Shown piece by piece: positions 19,529-30,861 of a DNA stretch of 64,000 nt; position 1 is the first letter of the stretch, and every line of letters starts with the position of its first letter. The notes under the pieces were generated by a model. That model was not told the DNA's origin, searched no databases, and saw nothing but the letters and a program-made list of their open reading frames with translations. This DNA comes from an uncultured Pelagibacteraceae bacterium (GTDB taxonomy: Bacteria; Pseudomonadota; Alphaproteobacteria; Pelagibacterales; AG-422-B15), in contig CACIRX010000001.1 in the NCBI GenBank assembly GCA_902589175.1, positions 186,938-250,937 on the forward strand, written 5' to 3'. A program made the translations under genes and the position numbers.

Positions 19529-21088
19529 ATGAATAAAGAAAATAATTACATAAAGATTTTTGACACTACATTAAGAGATGGTGAGCAGTCTCCTGGTGCT
19601 TCAATGAACATTGAAGAAAAATTAAAAATTGCAGAAGCTTTAGAAGATTTGAAAGTTGATATTATTGAAGCAGGATTTCCCGCTGCATCAAAGGGAGACT
19701 ATGATGCAGTTTCTGAAATTTCAAAAAAGATTAAAAATTCATCAATATGTGCTTTGAGCAGGGCTTCAAAAAATGATATTCAAACAGCTGCGGATGCTTT
19801 AAAAAATGCAGCGGCTCCAAGAATTCATACATTTATCTCAACGAGTGAACTTCACATGAAACACAAGTTACAATTGAATTCTGATGAAGTTTACCAGAAG
19901 GTAATTGATAGTGTATCTTTTGCTAGAAATCTATGTGATGACGTTGAGTGGTCTTGTGAAGATGGCACCAGGACAGACTTAGACTTTATGTGTAAGACTG
20001 TAGAAGCGGCGATTAAGAATGGTGCATCTACAATTAATATTCCTGATACGGTAGGTTATTCAATTCCAGACGAATTTACCAATATTATAAATCATCTAAT
20101 GAATAATGTTCCAAATATTGATAAAGTTACTATTTCGACACATTGCCATAATGATCTTGGATTAGCTGTAGCAAATTCTCTAGCGGGCGTGAGAGCTGGG
20201 GCAAGGCAAATTGAGTGTACGATTAATGGTTTGGGTGAAAGAGCTGGAAATGCTGCAATGGAAGAAGTTGTCATGGCAATCAGAACTAGAAATGACATGA
20301 TGCCTTTTCAAACGAACATACAGACTGAAAAATTAACAAAAACATCTAAGCTTGTATCAGCAGTTACAGGTTTTCCGGTACAATTTAATAAAGCTATCGT
20401 TGGAAAAAATGCTTTTGCACATGAAGCAGGTATTCACCAAGATGGAATGTTAAAAAATAATAAAACCTATGAAATTATGACTCCAGAAAGTGTTGGAGTT
20501 TCAGAATCAAATCTTGTAATGGGCAAGCACTCAGGCAGACATGCATTTAAACAAAAAATAATCGAACTTGGTTACTCAATCAATGACAATGTAATTGAAG
20601 AGGCATTTGAAAATTTTAAAAATTTAGCTGACAAAAAGAAAAATATTTATGATGAAGACATCATTGCCATTATTGATGATCAGGTAATTAGAGTTAATGA
20701 TTCTATTTTACTTCAAGATTTGCAAGTTATTGCTGGAACGAAAGGACCTCAAAAAGCTGAGATTAGTCTTTTAATTGATGATCAGCATAAGACTGTAACT
20801 TCAACTGGAGATGGACCCGTTGACGCAATCTTTAATGGTTTAAGTCAACTTGTCCCACATAAAGGAAAATTATTACTATATCAAGTTCATGCTGTTACAG
20901 AGGGTACTGATGCTCAAGCGGAAGTATCTGTTAGGTTGGCTGAAGATGGCAAAACTGTTGTTGGACTTGGTGCCCATACGGATACACTTGTTGCGTCAGC
21001 AAAAGCATATATAAATGCTTTAAATAAATTAATAATTAAAAGAGAAAAGTCTGCTCCTGCTAGTATGTCAGGTGTCACTGGAGTTTGA
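19529..21088 (+). CDS. leuA: 2-isopropylmalate synthase
   Basis: DTTLRDGEQ, HCHNDLG, GERAGN, HEAGIHQDG, C-terminal regulatory GDGPVDA. Confidence 0.97.
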   Translation: MNKENNYIKIFDTTLRDGEQSPGASMNIEEKLKIAEALEDLKVDIIEAGFPAASKGDYDAVSEISKKIKNSSICALSRASKNDIQTAADALKNAAAPRIHTFISTSELHMKHKLQLNSDEVYQKVIDSVSFARNLCDDVEWSCEDGTRTDLDFMCKTVEAAIKNGASTINIPDTVGYSIPDEFTNIINHLMNNVPNIDKVTISTHCHNDLGLAVANSLAGVRAGARQIECTINGLGERAGNAAMEEVVMAIRTRNDMMPFQTNIQTEKLTKTSKLVSAVTGFPVQFNKAIVGKNAFAHEAGIHQDGMLKNNKTYEIMTPESVGVSESNLVMGKHSGRHAFKQKIIELGYSINDNVIEEAFENFKNLADKKKNIYDEDIIAIIDDQVIRVNDSILLQDLQVIAGTKGPQKAEISLLIDDQHKTVTSTGDGPVDAIFNGLSQLVPHKGKLLLYQVHAVTEGTDAQAEVSVRLAEDGKTVVGLGAHTDTLVASAKAYINALNKLIIKREKSAPASMSGVTGV

Positions 21089-21091
21089 TAA

Positions 21092-22144
<1,053 letters not shown>

Positions 22145-22157
22145 TTAAAGTCTGACA

Positions 22158-22997
22158 GTGAGGACATCACGTAATTTTTACACAAGATATGTTAACAAGA
22201 ATAGCTACATGTCTATTCTTATTCCTATAGGTTTAATCATATTTTCCCTTATTTTTTATTTTGGACGATTTGACAATAGTAATCTTTTAAATGAATTTAG
22301 AGCTAAAAGTATTAATAGCGTTTACTCGATTACTTCTATTGTTTCCAGTCCTATTAGTTTAATCAAAAATGGACTTGAAAGCATTTACGAGATTCAAAAT
22401 ATTTATGAAGAAAATCAAAGATTCAAAGAAATGCAATTAATTGACTCCGCTAGTTTTCAAGAGATAGTCTCTATGAAACTAAAAATAGCTCAATATGAAA
22501 GTTTATTAAACGCATCTAATGATATTGAATATGATTTTAGAACTTCAAGAATAGTTGGTGATTTTTCTAATAACTTTAACGCTACCTTAATTGTTAATTC
22601 AGGAAAAGAAGAAAATATAAAAGAGGATATGCCAGTTTCAGGATCTAATGGAATAATTGGCAGAATATCTCATGTTGGCGAAAGCTTTTCACGCGTACTT
22701 TTAATAAGTAACATTAACAGCAGAATACCAGTGATAATTTCTGAAAATGGTCATCATGGCGTGCTAATAGGTCAAGGTCGAGAAAACCCAACTATAGAAT
22801 TTGTTGAACATATTGAAAAAATTAGCATTGGAGATTTAGTTACAACATCAGGAAAAGGTGGAATTTTTCCTCCGTTCCAATTAATTGGCCAAGTAGTTGG
22901 AAAAAAATCAAATGAAATTGAGATTAGTATATTTGAAAATATAGCAGCTTTATCACATGTGAAGATATTAAATTATAAATTAAAAAAAGAAGATTAA
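22158..22997 (+). CDS. mreC: Rod shape-determining protein MreC
   Basis: N-terminal TM, coiled coil, GIIGRI, GDLVTTSG.GGIFP; operon position. Confidence 0.9.
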   Translation: MRTSRNFYTRYVNKNSYMSILIPIGLIIFSLIFYFGRFDNSNLLNEFRAKSINSVYSITSIVSSPISLIKNGLESIYEIQNIYEENQRFKEMQLIDSASFQEIVSMKLKIAQYESLLNASNDIEYDFRTSRIVGDFSNNFNATLIVNSGKEENIKEDMPVSGSNGIIGRISHVGESFSRVLLISNINSRIPVIISENGHHGVLIGQGRENPTIEFVEHIEKISIGDLVTTSGKGGIFPPFQLIGQVVGKKSNEIEISIFENIAALSHVKILNYKLKKED

Positions 22998-23000
22998 TAA

Positions 23001-23486
23001 ATGTATTTAAGTTTCAGAGGCTATTTACAATTAAATGGATTTCTTCTTTTTTTTATTTCGTTTAACAATGTATTTAATTTTGATCTAATTGATTTTACTT
23101 TAATTCTGTCAATTTTTTTGTATTCAATAAAATGGAACAAAAGCGAATGGTTAGTCCCTCTTTTTCTATTTGCCTGGGGTATTTTTCAAGATATTTTGCT
23201 CGGAATGAATTTATGTTATTCCGGAAGTATTTTTTTATTTTTTTATGTTTTAAGTCAAATTACTTCAATTAATGGCTTATTCGAACAACAAAAAATAAAA
23301 TTTATTGTATTTGTCACAGCATTATTAATATTATTTATTTTCAAAAACTTATTAATCTATATTAATTACCAACTCAATTATTTATCTGTTAGTGAATTGG
23401 CAGCTTTCTTAATAGTGGTTTTATTGTACCCACCATTAAATTCAATAATTGTATATAATCAGAAAAAAAATGAAAAAATCAGGTAA
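23001..23486 (+). CDS. mreD: Rod shape-determining protein MreD (divergent)
   Basis: Polytopic membrane protein with GIFQDILLG; lies between mreC and mrdA. Confidence 0.75.
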   Translation: MYLSFRGYLQLNGFLLFFISFNNVFNFDLIDFTLILSIFLYSIKWNKSEWLVPLFLFAWGIFQDILLGMNLCYSGSIFLFFYVLSQITSINGLFEQQKIKFIVFVTALLILFIFKNLLIYINYQLNYLSVSELAAFLIVVLLYPPLNSIIVYNQKKNEKIR

Positions 23487-25341
23487 ATTTATTTTCCAAA
23501 AATATGATACTGAAAATTTAATCAATAGAAGAGCAGCGCTTGTAACTATTGCTAAAGTTGGTATATTCTCTGTACTTGCTGGAAGACTAGCTTATTTACA
23601 AATTGCTGAGAATAGTAATTATAAAAAATTATCTGACAAAAATAGAATAACACACAGATTTCTCGAACCTGAACGAGGTATTATTTTTGATTTGCAAGGG
23701 CGACCAATAGCGATCAATAAACAAAAATATGAAATTATAATAATAAAGGAAGAAACTAGAGACGTAGAAAGATCATTAATTAATTTAAAATCACTTTTAC
23801 CTCACGCAAATATTGATATGGAGAAAGTATTAAAAGAAGTAAATTCAAGAAAAAAATTTATTCCTATCGGAATTGTAGATGACTTGACATGGGAGGACTT
23901 TTCTAAAATAAATGTAAATATTCATAAATTAGAGGGAATTTATCCTCAGATTGGCTTCAAAAGATATTATACTCAAGGAGAATCGCACTCACATTTAATT
24001 GGGTATGTTTCTCCAATAAGCAAAAGTGAAGAAGAATCTAACCCATTGTCTAAACTAAGCACAGCGAAAGCAGGTAGGATAGGTGTAGAAAAAGCCAAAG
24101 ATGCAATTTTACGTGGTAAACTTGGCAATAAGAATATTGAAGTTAATGCCAGCGGACGAGAAATAAGAGAACTTGATCGGGTAAATAGTGTTCAAGGAAA
24201 CTACATACAACTTACAATAGACTCAGAACTACAAAAGTTTTGTTATGAAAGATTAAAAGGGCTTAGTGGAAGCGTTTCTGTTATTAATGTAAAGAATGGC
24301 GAGTTTTATGCGCTAGCTTCATCACCGTCCTATGATCCAAATATATTTAGTAAATCTATTTCCAGTGAAACTTGGGAAAATCTTTTATCAAATAAGTATA
24401 AGCCATTGATAAATAAATCGATATCTAATCAATATCCTCCTGGATCAACCATAAAACCATTTGTTGCTCTTGCAGCCCTAGAGTCAGGAGTTTCTCATAA
24501 AGAAACTTTTTTTTGTAATGGGAAACACCTGATAGAAGATACTAGTCTAGACTCAGGATACAAAACATTTCATTGCTGGAAGAAGGAAGGACACGGAAAT
24601 GTAGATATGACAGAGGCTATAAAGGTTTCCTGTGATGTTTATTTTTATCAAATTGCAAGAAGAATAGGTATTAATAAAATTGCAGAGGTTTGTAAAAGAT
24701 ATGGGTTAGGAGAAAAAGTTTTTAAATCTCTTTTCGAAGAAAAAAGTGGAGTAGTTCCAAACAAACAGTGGAAATTAGAAAATCTTGGTAGTAAATGGAT
24801 GGTAGGAGAAACATTATCTGCTGGTATAGGTCAAGGATATTTTTTAACAACCGCAGCACAGCTGTCTCTCGCGTTAGCTCAACTAATAAATAATGGAAAT
24901 AGGCTTAATCCAAAATTAATATATGATAATGATATTCCAAATGTTTATGATGAGCAAATTATTGCAGATCCCAAATATCTAAAAATTATTAAAAACGCAT
25001 TAGACGAAGCTACTAATGCTCCTGGGGGGACTTCTTATAGATCTAGAATTATCGGTAAGTATAAAATGGCTGGTAAAACAGGTACATCTCAAGTAAGGGC
25101 AATATCAATTAAAGAACGAGAAGAAGGTTTAATAAAAAATAAAGATTTGCCGTGGGAAAAAAGAGATCATGGACTTTTTATTGGATACGGCCCAACCACA
25201 GATCCTAAGTATGCAGTTTCTGTAATTGTTGAACACGGGGGAAGTGGATCAGGATCTGCAGCTCCAATTGCATCAGACATATTTAAATATTTATTTGAAA
25301 AAAAACTAAATCTAAAGCGTAACGAAATATTTAATGTATAA
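23470..25341 (+). CDS. mrdA: Penicillin-binding protein 2
   Basis: STIK (SxxK), SCD, KTG motifs; PERGII; ATG at 23470. Confidence 0.95.
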   Translation: MKKSGKFIFQKYDTENLINRRAALVTIAKVGIFSVLAGRLAYLQIAENSNYKKLSDKNRITHRFLEPERGIIFDLQGRPIAINKQKYEIIIIKEETRDVERSLINLKSLLPHANIDMEKVLKEVNSRKKFIPIGIVDDLTWEDFSKINVNIHKLEGIYPQIGFKRYYTQGESHSHLIGYVSPISKSEEESNPLSKLSTAKAGRIGVEKAKDAILRGKLGNKNIEVNASGREIRELDRVNSVQGNYIQLTIDSELQKFCYERLKGLSGSVSVINVKNGEFYALASSPSYDPNIFSKSISSETWENLLSNKYKPLINKSISNQYPPGSTIKPFVALAALESGVSHKETFFCNGKHLIEDTSLDSGYKTFHCWKKEGHGNVDMTEAIKVSCDVYFYQIARRIGINKIAEVCKRYGLGEKVFKSLFEEKSGVVPNKQWKLENLGSKWMVGETLSAGIGQGYFLTTAAQLSLALAQLINNGNRLNPKLIYDNDIPNVYDEQIIADPKYLKIIKNALDEATNAPGGTSYRSRIIGKYKMAGKTGTSQVRAISIKEREEGLIKNKDLPWEKRDHGLFIGYGPTTDPKYAVSVIVEHGGSGSGSAAPIASDIFKYLFEKKLNLKRNEIFNV

Positions 25342-26461
25342 TCAAAATAATATATATAGTTCATCCTTTGCTAAGCTTCAAAGTATAAATTACCCCCTGC
25401 TGGGTTTAATATTTACATTATTTTTTGTAGGCTTAGTTGCATTATATAGTATTTCAAATGGTGAGTTTAACTCGTGGCCAATGAAGCACTCTCAGAGATT
25501 TATACTAGGATTAATCATTTTTTTCATAGTCATATTTTTTGATTTAAGGTTAATATTTGGATATGCATATGTAATTTTTTTCCTGAGTATTATATCTTTG
25601 GCCGTCATTCCTTTTTTTGGAATTGAAAGTAACGGTGCTACTAGATGGATCAACATAGCTGGTATAAGTCTACAGCCTTCCGAATTTGTAAAATATACTC
25701 TAATCTTAGCTTTGGCTAAGTATTTTCATTCAATAAATAACGATAGTAGTTTTATTAAGACTTTGATTATTCCACTCATCATTACTATAGTTCCAGTATT
25801 TTTAGTAATTACACAGCCAGATTTAGGTACGGCTCTAATAATTCTAATTGGCGGAATAAGTCTTTTTTGGATCTCAGGTTTAAATTATAAATATTTTATA
25901 GTGGGTGTATTCACAATTTTATGTTCTTTACCAGTTTTGTGGCAATATCTCAAAGATTATCAGAAAGACAGAGTGCTCACTTTTTTTAATCCTGAGCGTG
26001 ATCCTCTTGGAAATGGTTACCACATAATGCAATCAAAAATTGCTCTTGGCTCTGGCGGTATTTTTGGTAAAGGCTACATGGAAGGTACTCAGAGCCATCT
26101 AAATTTTCTTCCTGAAATGCAAACAGATTTCATATTTACAATGTTAGGTGAGGAATTTGGTTTCATAGGGACTTTACTTTTATTATTACTATATGCAGCC
26201 TTGATTATGATTTCTATTCGTCTTGCACTTAAAAGTCGTAGTTTATTTAGTAAATATTTGTCTTTAGGAGTATGTAATGTTTTTTTTATTTACGTTTTTG
26301 TAAATATTGGAATGGTTACAGGCTTGCTTCCGGTAGTAGGTGTTCCACTTCCATTTATATCCTATGGAGGAAGTTCGATGTTAGCGGTTATGTTTGGATT
26401 TGGACTATTAATGAATTGTTATATCAATAGAAACATCATAATTGAAAAAACAAATTATTAA
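25334..26461 (+). CDS. rodA: SEDS peptidoglycan polymerase RodA
   Basis: QPSEF, QPDLGT, LPEMQTDF, PFISYGGSS. Confidence 0.96.
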   Translation: MYNQNNIYSSSFAKLQSINYPLLGLIFTLFFVGLVALYSISNGEFNSWPMKHSQRFILGLIIFFIVIFFDLRLIFGYAYVIFFLSIISLAVIPFFGIESNGATRWINIAGISLQPSEFVKYTLILALAKYFHSINNDSSFIKTLIIPLIITIVPVFLVITQPDLGTALIILIGGISLFWISGLNYKYFIVGVFTILCSLPVLWQYLKDYQKDRVLTFFNPERDPLGNGYHIMQSKIALGSGGIFGKGYMEGTQSHLNFLPEMQTDFIFTMLGEEFGFIGTLLLLLLYAALIMISIRLALKSRSLFSKYLSLGVCNVFFIYVFVNIGMVTGLLPVVGVPLPFISYGGSSMLAVMFGFGLLMNCYINRNIIIEKTNY

Positions 26462-26464
26462 AAA

Positions 26465-27571
26465 TTATTGTTTTGTAAAGTAATCCTCCTGACTACTTTC
26501 ACGATAAACATCAGTTGTTGCACAGTGTAAAGCGCCACCAAATGGATAGGCATCCCTGAAAGGGACCGGAACAACTTCGAAATTTAACTTATCTAGTTGA
26601 TCCATCTGGTGAACCTCAGTTTCTTCAACGCAAACTGTTTTTGGATCCAACATGAGAACGTTCATGCTCAGCCATACGCTTGAATAGCATAATGGAGGTG
26701 GAGAATTGTGAGCAGGTCTAGCGGCTTCAATTATTTCCCAGTCATTATCGTGAAAGATTTTTCTTTGTTCATCAGGCAGTCTTCTTTCAGGATTATTTAA
26801 TATCAATCCTGGCCTCAATGGGGTAAATGTCGCATCAATATGTGTAGGAAAAGGATCAGTAGGGAAATTTAGTACATGAATACGTTGATCTGGAAAGTGT
26901 CTTTTAATCCACTCAATACCTTTTAAATTAGTTGTGAAACCGTGTTGAATAAATAAATCTTTTCCCATTCTTAATACGTCGGCTGCATCAAATAGTGGCT
27001 CTTCCTCAGTGGTAACAAATTTTTTATCGGCAACCCATTCATATCTTTGGTCTATTGTTATTTCATCTGCAAGATAATTTTCTCTGTATGATTTATTCGT
27101 TAACCTTGGTTTTGGAGCAGTTTCCCATTTCATTTCAGGGTCTTGGTCAAAAAAGCTCTGTAATAGCGGTCGATAACATAAATACTCAAACCATCTTGAA
27201 CGAAAGGACATAGTAGCCTCAAGCATCTCACTACCTAAAGTAAGTATAACATCTCGAGGAGGCATACAGCCAAACATTGTTTCGATGCTCCAATCTGGGG
27301 TACCAATTTTCTGATTGAAATCTAGCGGTGATGGACGATCCACTTTTATTCCTCTTTTCTCTAAAATATTAGAAAAATTATCAAGTAAATAATTTGCTCT
27401 ATCAATTGTATGTTTTGGCCTTGGTCCAAATTTACCTTTCATGTCAGAGTCTTCAGGTATTTTCGGAGCCATTGCAGGTTCAACTGGAGCAATGCAACAA
27501 TTATCTGCTTTTCCGACAATTATGTGTTTTAGAGGATCCCACTCATTCCATGAATTTACTATTTTCACCAT
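26465..27571 (-). CDS. Amidinotransferase (glycine/inosamine-phosphate amidinotransferase family)
   Basis: SWNEWDPLK, PRD, FDAAD, HID, GGALHCAT (Asp-His-Cys triad). Confidence 0.9.
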   Translation of the reverse strand: MVKIVNSWNEWDPLKHIIVGKADNCCIAPVEPAMAPKIPEDSDMKGKFGPRPKHTIDRANYLLDNFSNILEKRGIKVDRPSPLDFNQKIGTPDWSIETMFGCMPPRDVILTLGSEMLEATMSFRSRWFEYLCYRPLLQSFFDQDPEMKWETAPKPRLTNKSYRENYLADEITIDQRYEWVADKKFVTTEEEPLFDAADVLRMGKDLFIQHGFTTNLKGIEWIKRHFPDQRIHVLNFPTDPFPTHIDATFTPLRPGLILNNPERRLPDEQRKIFHDNDWEIIEAARPAHNSPPPLCYSSVWLSMNVLMLDPKTVCVEETEVHQMDQLDKLNFEVVPVPFRDAYPFGGALHCATTDVYRESSQEDYFTKQ

Positions 27572-27661
27572 TTCAAATCTTTTTTATGAAATTAAATAAT
27601 GGCTTGAATTCAAACTAAATTGAAAGTAAGAGTCAAGCGATTTCATTATCTTGGAGTAGTT

Positions 27662-29188
27662 TTGGCCAGTAAAATTAATCAATATGATGTTGCAATTGTA
27701 GGCTTTGGGCTAATTGGTCAAATCTGTGCTAAAGTATGCAGCCAATATAACCTTAAAACACTAGTTATTGAGTCAAGATCGGACACTGAATTTTCTTCAA
27801 ACGCCGTATCATTCGATGATGAAAGTTTACGTTTACTGGAATGTATTGGTTTATATGATGCTCTAAAAGCATATCTAAATAAACCAGATTTTACTGACAT
27901 TATACTAACTAATGGAAAAGTGATCCAACGTAATCCAGTATTAAACACTGATAACGACTTTCCATCTATTTGTACCTTTTTTCCACCAGAAATTGAAAAG
28001 ACAATAAGAGAAATATGTAAAGCTGATGAAAACATAGATTTACTATTTGATAACGAACTTATTAATTTTAATTTTAATGAAAACAAAGTAGGGCTTGATA
28101 CAAAAAGTAATAATAAATTAAAATATTTTGAAGCCCATTATCTAATTGCATGTGATGGTGCAAATTCTTTCGTAAGAAATAAATTAGACATTGAGTCCGT
28201 TGATCAGAGATACTCAAAAAACTGGCTTCTTATTGATATATTACTCAAACACAAAGATAGTTTAGAAAATGTTTTTAGGCAAATTTGTGATGATAAAAGA
28301 CCCACTTCTTATATCTCTCTTTCAAATAGAAGACATAGATTTGAATTTCAATTACTTGCTGGTGAACAGCATCAAAAAATAATTCAAAAAAATAATATAC
28401 AAAACTTAATTTCAAAATGGATTGAGCCTAATCAGTACGAGATTGAAAATATATCAATTCAAAATTTTAGAGGATCTTTTGCTAAAACTTTTCAGAAAAA
28501 TAATATTTTTTTAATAGGTGACTCTGCTTACCAAATGCCGCCCTATGCAAGTCAAGGACTAAATACAGGCATTAGAGATATATTAAATCTAATATGGAAA
28601 ATTAATTTGGTTGTTAATTTTAATTGTAACAAAAAATTGCTACTTTCTTATGATTTAGAGCGAGCTCAACCAATAAAGCAAACAATAAAATCATCAATTG
28701 CACTTGGACAATTGATTGATTCACTATCTATGGCATTTCAGAAAAATATTCCATTAGAGGAGGCAATCGCGCCAGAGGCTAGAGATCAAGCTTTTGGAAG
28801 AAATAAAAATATTGAAGAAAGGAACCCAAAAAAAGGGATTTTTAGTCATTCACACAGTGAAATGACCATAAACAGAAGGCTTTCTAATAGAGAGATTACT
28901 GATAAACAAGGTATTGCCTGTTTAGATAAAATGGTTGGAAACTGTTTCGCAATATTTTCAAAAAAAGATGTAAGAAATAAATTAAATGAAAATATTTATG
29001 AAAAACTAATTAAACTAAATTTTAAATTTATTTTTGACTATTCAAATCTTAATATCGGCCCCGAGTTGTCTGAATATTTGGAAACAGGGGAAGTAATTAT
29101 TAGGCCAGATAAGAAGATCTACGGACTTTCATCAACTGGGTTAGATATTAATAAACTTGTATCTGAGTTGTTAATGCAGATTGAATAG
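27662..29188 (+). CDS. FAD-dependent aromatic hydroxylase (MhpA-like)
   Basis: GFGLIG, CDGANS, GDSA..MPP..QGLNTGIRD, IRPD; TTG 27662 follows GGAG. Confidence 0.8.
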   Translation: MASKINQYDVAIVGFGLIGQICAKVCSQYNLKTLVIESRSDTEFSSNAVSFDDESLRLLECIGLYDALKAYLNKPDFTDIILTNGKVIQRNPVLNTDNDFPSICTFFPPEIEKTIREICKADENIDLLFDNELINFNFNENKVGLDTKSNNKLKYFEAHYLIACDGANSFVRNKLDIESVDQRYSKNWLLIDILLKHKDSLENVFRQICDDKRPTSYISLSNRRHRFEFQLLAGEQHQKIIQKNNIQNLISKWIEPNQYEIENISIQNFRGSFAKTFQKNNIFLIGDSAYQMPPYASQGLNTGIRDILNLIWKINLVVNFNCNKKLLLSYDLERAQPIKQTIKSSIALGQLIDSLSMAFQKNIPLEEAIAPEARDQAFGRNKNIEERNPKKGIFSHSHSEMTINRRLSNREITDKQGIACLDKMVGNCFAIFSKKDVRNKLNENIYEKLIKLNFKFIFDYSNLNIGPELSEYLETGEVIIRPDKKIYGLSSTGLDINKLVSELLMQIE

Positions 29189-29330
29189 AATCAACTCAAC
29201 TCACATAGCTAAAAGAATGTTGTATAAATGTGACATTTTTAAAAAAAATGTAAAAAATATAGCAAATTCAATCACTTAAATTATAACAAGAATCTTGTTT
29301 TACCATATTTTGGATATACTGTTCAACTAT

Positions 29331-29346
29331 GTACTAAATATAGTAC
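29331..29346. promoter_or_regulatory. Palindrome GTACTA-N4-TAGTAC upstream of the small membrane protein pair
   Basis: Perfect 6-bp inverted repeat about 35 nt before ATG 29381. Confidence 0.3.
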
Positions 29347-29380
29347 TGCTATCTAAATAAACATAACGAGGGGGAAAGTT

Positions 29381-29596
29381 ATGATTAGAAACGCACAGAA
29401 CGCGATAAAGGCTTTAACTAGCCTTGGTCTTTCACTGCTAGCTTTGGGTATTGTTGTTGGCCTGTTAAGCGGAGGAAGTATTCCATTTGTTGGCAATATA
29501 GCTAGCAATATCGTATCTCTTGTGAACCAGTTAGGAAATGCCGGAGTTGTTGGATTAATTGCTGTTGGTGTTATTCTCTGGTTATTTAGAGATTAA
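29381..29596 (+). CDS. Small Gly-rich membrane protein of unknown function
   Basis: Strong SD (GAGGGG); PF.GNI..N.V.L.NQLG..GVVG.I shared with the next ORF. Confidence 0.85.
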   Translation: MIRNAQNAIKALTSLGLSLLALGIVVGLLSGGSIPFVGNIASNIVSLVNQLGNAGVVGLIAVGVILWLFRD

Positions 29597-29601
29597 ACAT
29601 A

Positions 29602-29637
29602 TTATCACTTCCCATGTTTGCGCATGGGAGGTGATAA
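29602..29637 (+). terminator. Hairpin between the paralogous small membrane genes
   Basis: TTATCACTTCCCATG / CATGGGAGGTGATAA 15-bp stem with one G.U pair; lacks a strong U tail. Confidence 0.6.
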
Positions 29638-29648
29638 AATATTAGAAT

Positions 29649-29876
29649 ATGATCTCAAGGATTAAGCAAATATTAAGGGAAATCATTGATTTTGGCTTAT
29701 TGTTGATAGCAATAGCTATAATTTTAGAAGTACTCTTTGGACCATCATCACCTTTTTTAGGAAAAAATATTACTCAGAACTTAGTAGGTTTGATTAACCA
29801 ACTAGGAAGTGAGGGTGTTGTGGGTATAATTTCTATAGCAATCATTATATATCTTTGGAATAGACTTCAAAAATAA
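29649..29876 (+). CDS. Small membrane protein, paralog of 29381-29596
   Basis: SPFLGKNITQNLVGLINQLGSEGVVGII. Confidence 0.82.
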   Translation: MISRIKQILREIIDFGLLLIAIAIILEVLFGPSSPFLGKNITQNLVGLINQLGSEGVVGIISIAIIIYLWNRLQK

Positions 29877-29960
29877 TAAGTAAAACTAACATTTTTCTTG
29901 CTCATTTAGTAATTTTAATAGACCCTATCCCTCTGTTTATTTCAAATTGGAGGAAATTTA

Positions 29961-30794
29961 GTGAAAAATTTAAAATTATTAATAATTGGATTGGCTATAA
30001 GCGCTATATCTTCAATGGCATTAGCGGACGGTCATTGGTCAAAAATTAGAATTGGGACAGAAGGCGCTTACGAACCATGGAACTTTACAGATGCATCAGG
30101 AAATCTCGTTGGCGCTGAGTTAGATCTTGCAAGAGATCTATGTAAAAGAATGAACGCTGAATGTGAGTTCGTCCAACAAGACTGGGATGGAATTATTCCT
30201 GCTCTAGTTAATGGTAAATACGATGTAATCATGGCAGGTATGTCAGTAACTGAAGAAAGAAAAAAAACAATTAGTTTTTCTAAAGCTTACATGACAGAAC
30301 CTGCTAGATTTTTCACACTTAATAGTTCACCATTAAGCACTTTTACTTCAGCAAAAAACTTAAATCTTGATGATGATAGCAGTGCTACTTCTGGTACTAT
30401 AAGTGCGTTAAACAATGCAATGAAAGGTATGAATATTGGAGTAACTGTTGCGACAATCCACGAGGATTTTGCAAATAAATACTTAGATTCAAACTTAAAG
30501 GTTTATCCAACACAAGACGAAATGAATCTTGATCTTGCGGCTGGTAGAATAGATGCAATGTTATGTGATGTTGGAACAGCAGAAGCATTTATGGAAACTT
30601 CGGGTGGTTCTAATGTAGTAACTTTTGGTCCAAATGTATTTGGAGGACTTTTAGGTGAAGGTGTTGGCGCAGGTATCAGACAAGGAGATGCTGATCTTAA
30701 AGCGATGTTTGATAAAGCAATAGCTGATGCAGCTGCAGATGGAACAATTTCTAAAATATCAATGCAATGGTTTGGTAAAGACCTAGCACCGTAA
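29961..30794 (+). CDS. Polar amino-acid ABC substrate-binding protein (Lys/Arg/Orn/His/opine type)
   Basis: Signal peptide, IGTEGAYEPWN, QDWDGIIPAL, DLAAGRID. Confidence 0.92.
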   Translation: MKNLKLLIIGLAISAISSMALADGHWSKIRIGTEGAYEPWNFTDASGNLVGAELDLARDLCKRMNAECEFVQQDWDGIIPALVNGKYDVIMAGMSVTEERKKTISFSKAYMTEPARFFTLNSSPLSTFTSAKNLNLDDDSSATSGTISALNNAMKGMNIGVTVATIHEDFANKYLDSNLKVYPTQDEMNLDLAAGRIDAMLCDVGTAEAFMETSGGSNVVTFGPNVFGGLLGEGVGAGIRQGDADLKAMFDKAIADAAADGTISKISMQWFGKDLAP

Positions 30795-30812
30795 TTTTGA
30801 AATTAATAATGT

Positions 30813-30849
30813 AAAAAAACGGCTGACTTACACTCAGCCGTTTTTTTTT
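30813..30849 (+). terminator. Intrinsic terminator after the binding-protein gene
   Basis: AAAAAAACGGCTGA-loop-TCAGCCGTTTTTTTTT. Confidence 0.85.
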
Positions 30850-30861
30850 ATATAAATAAAT

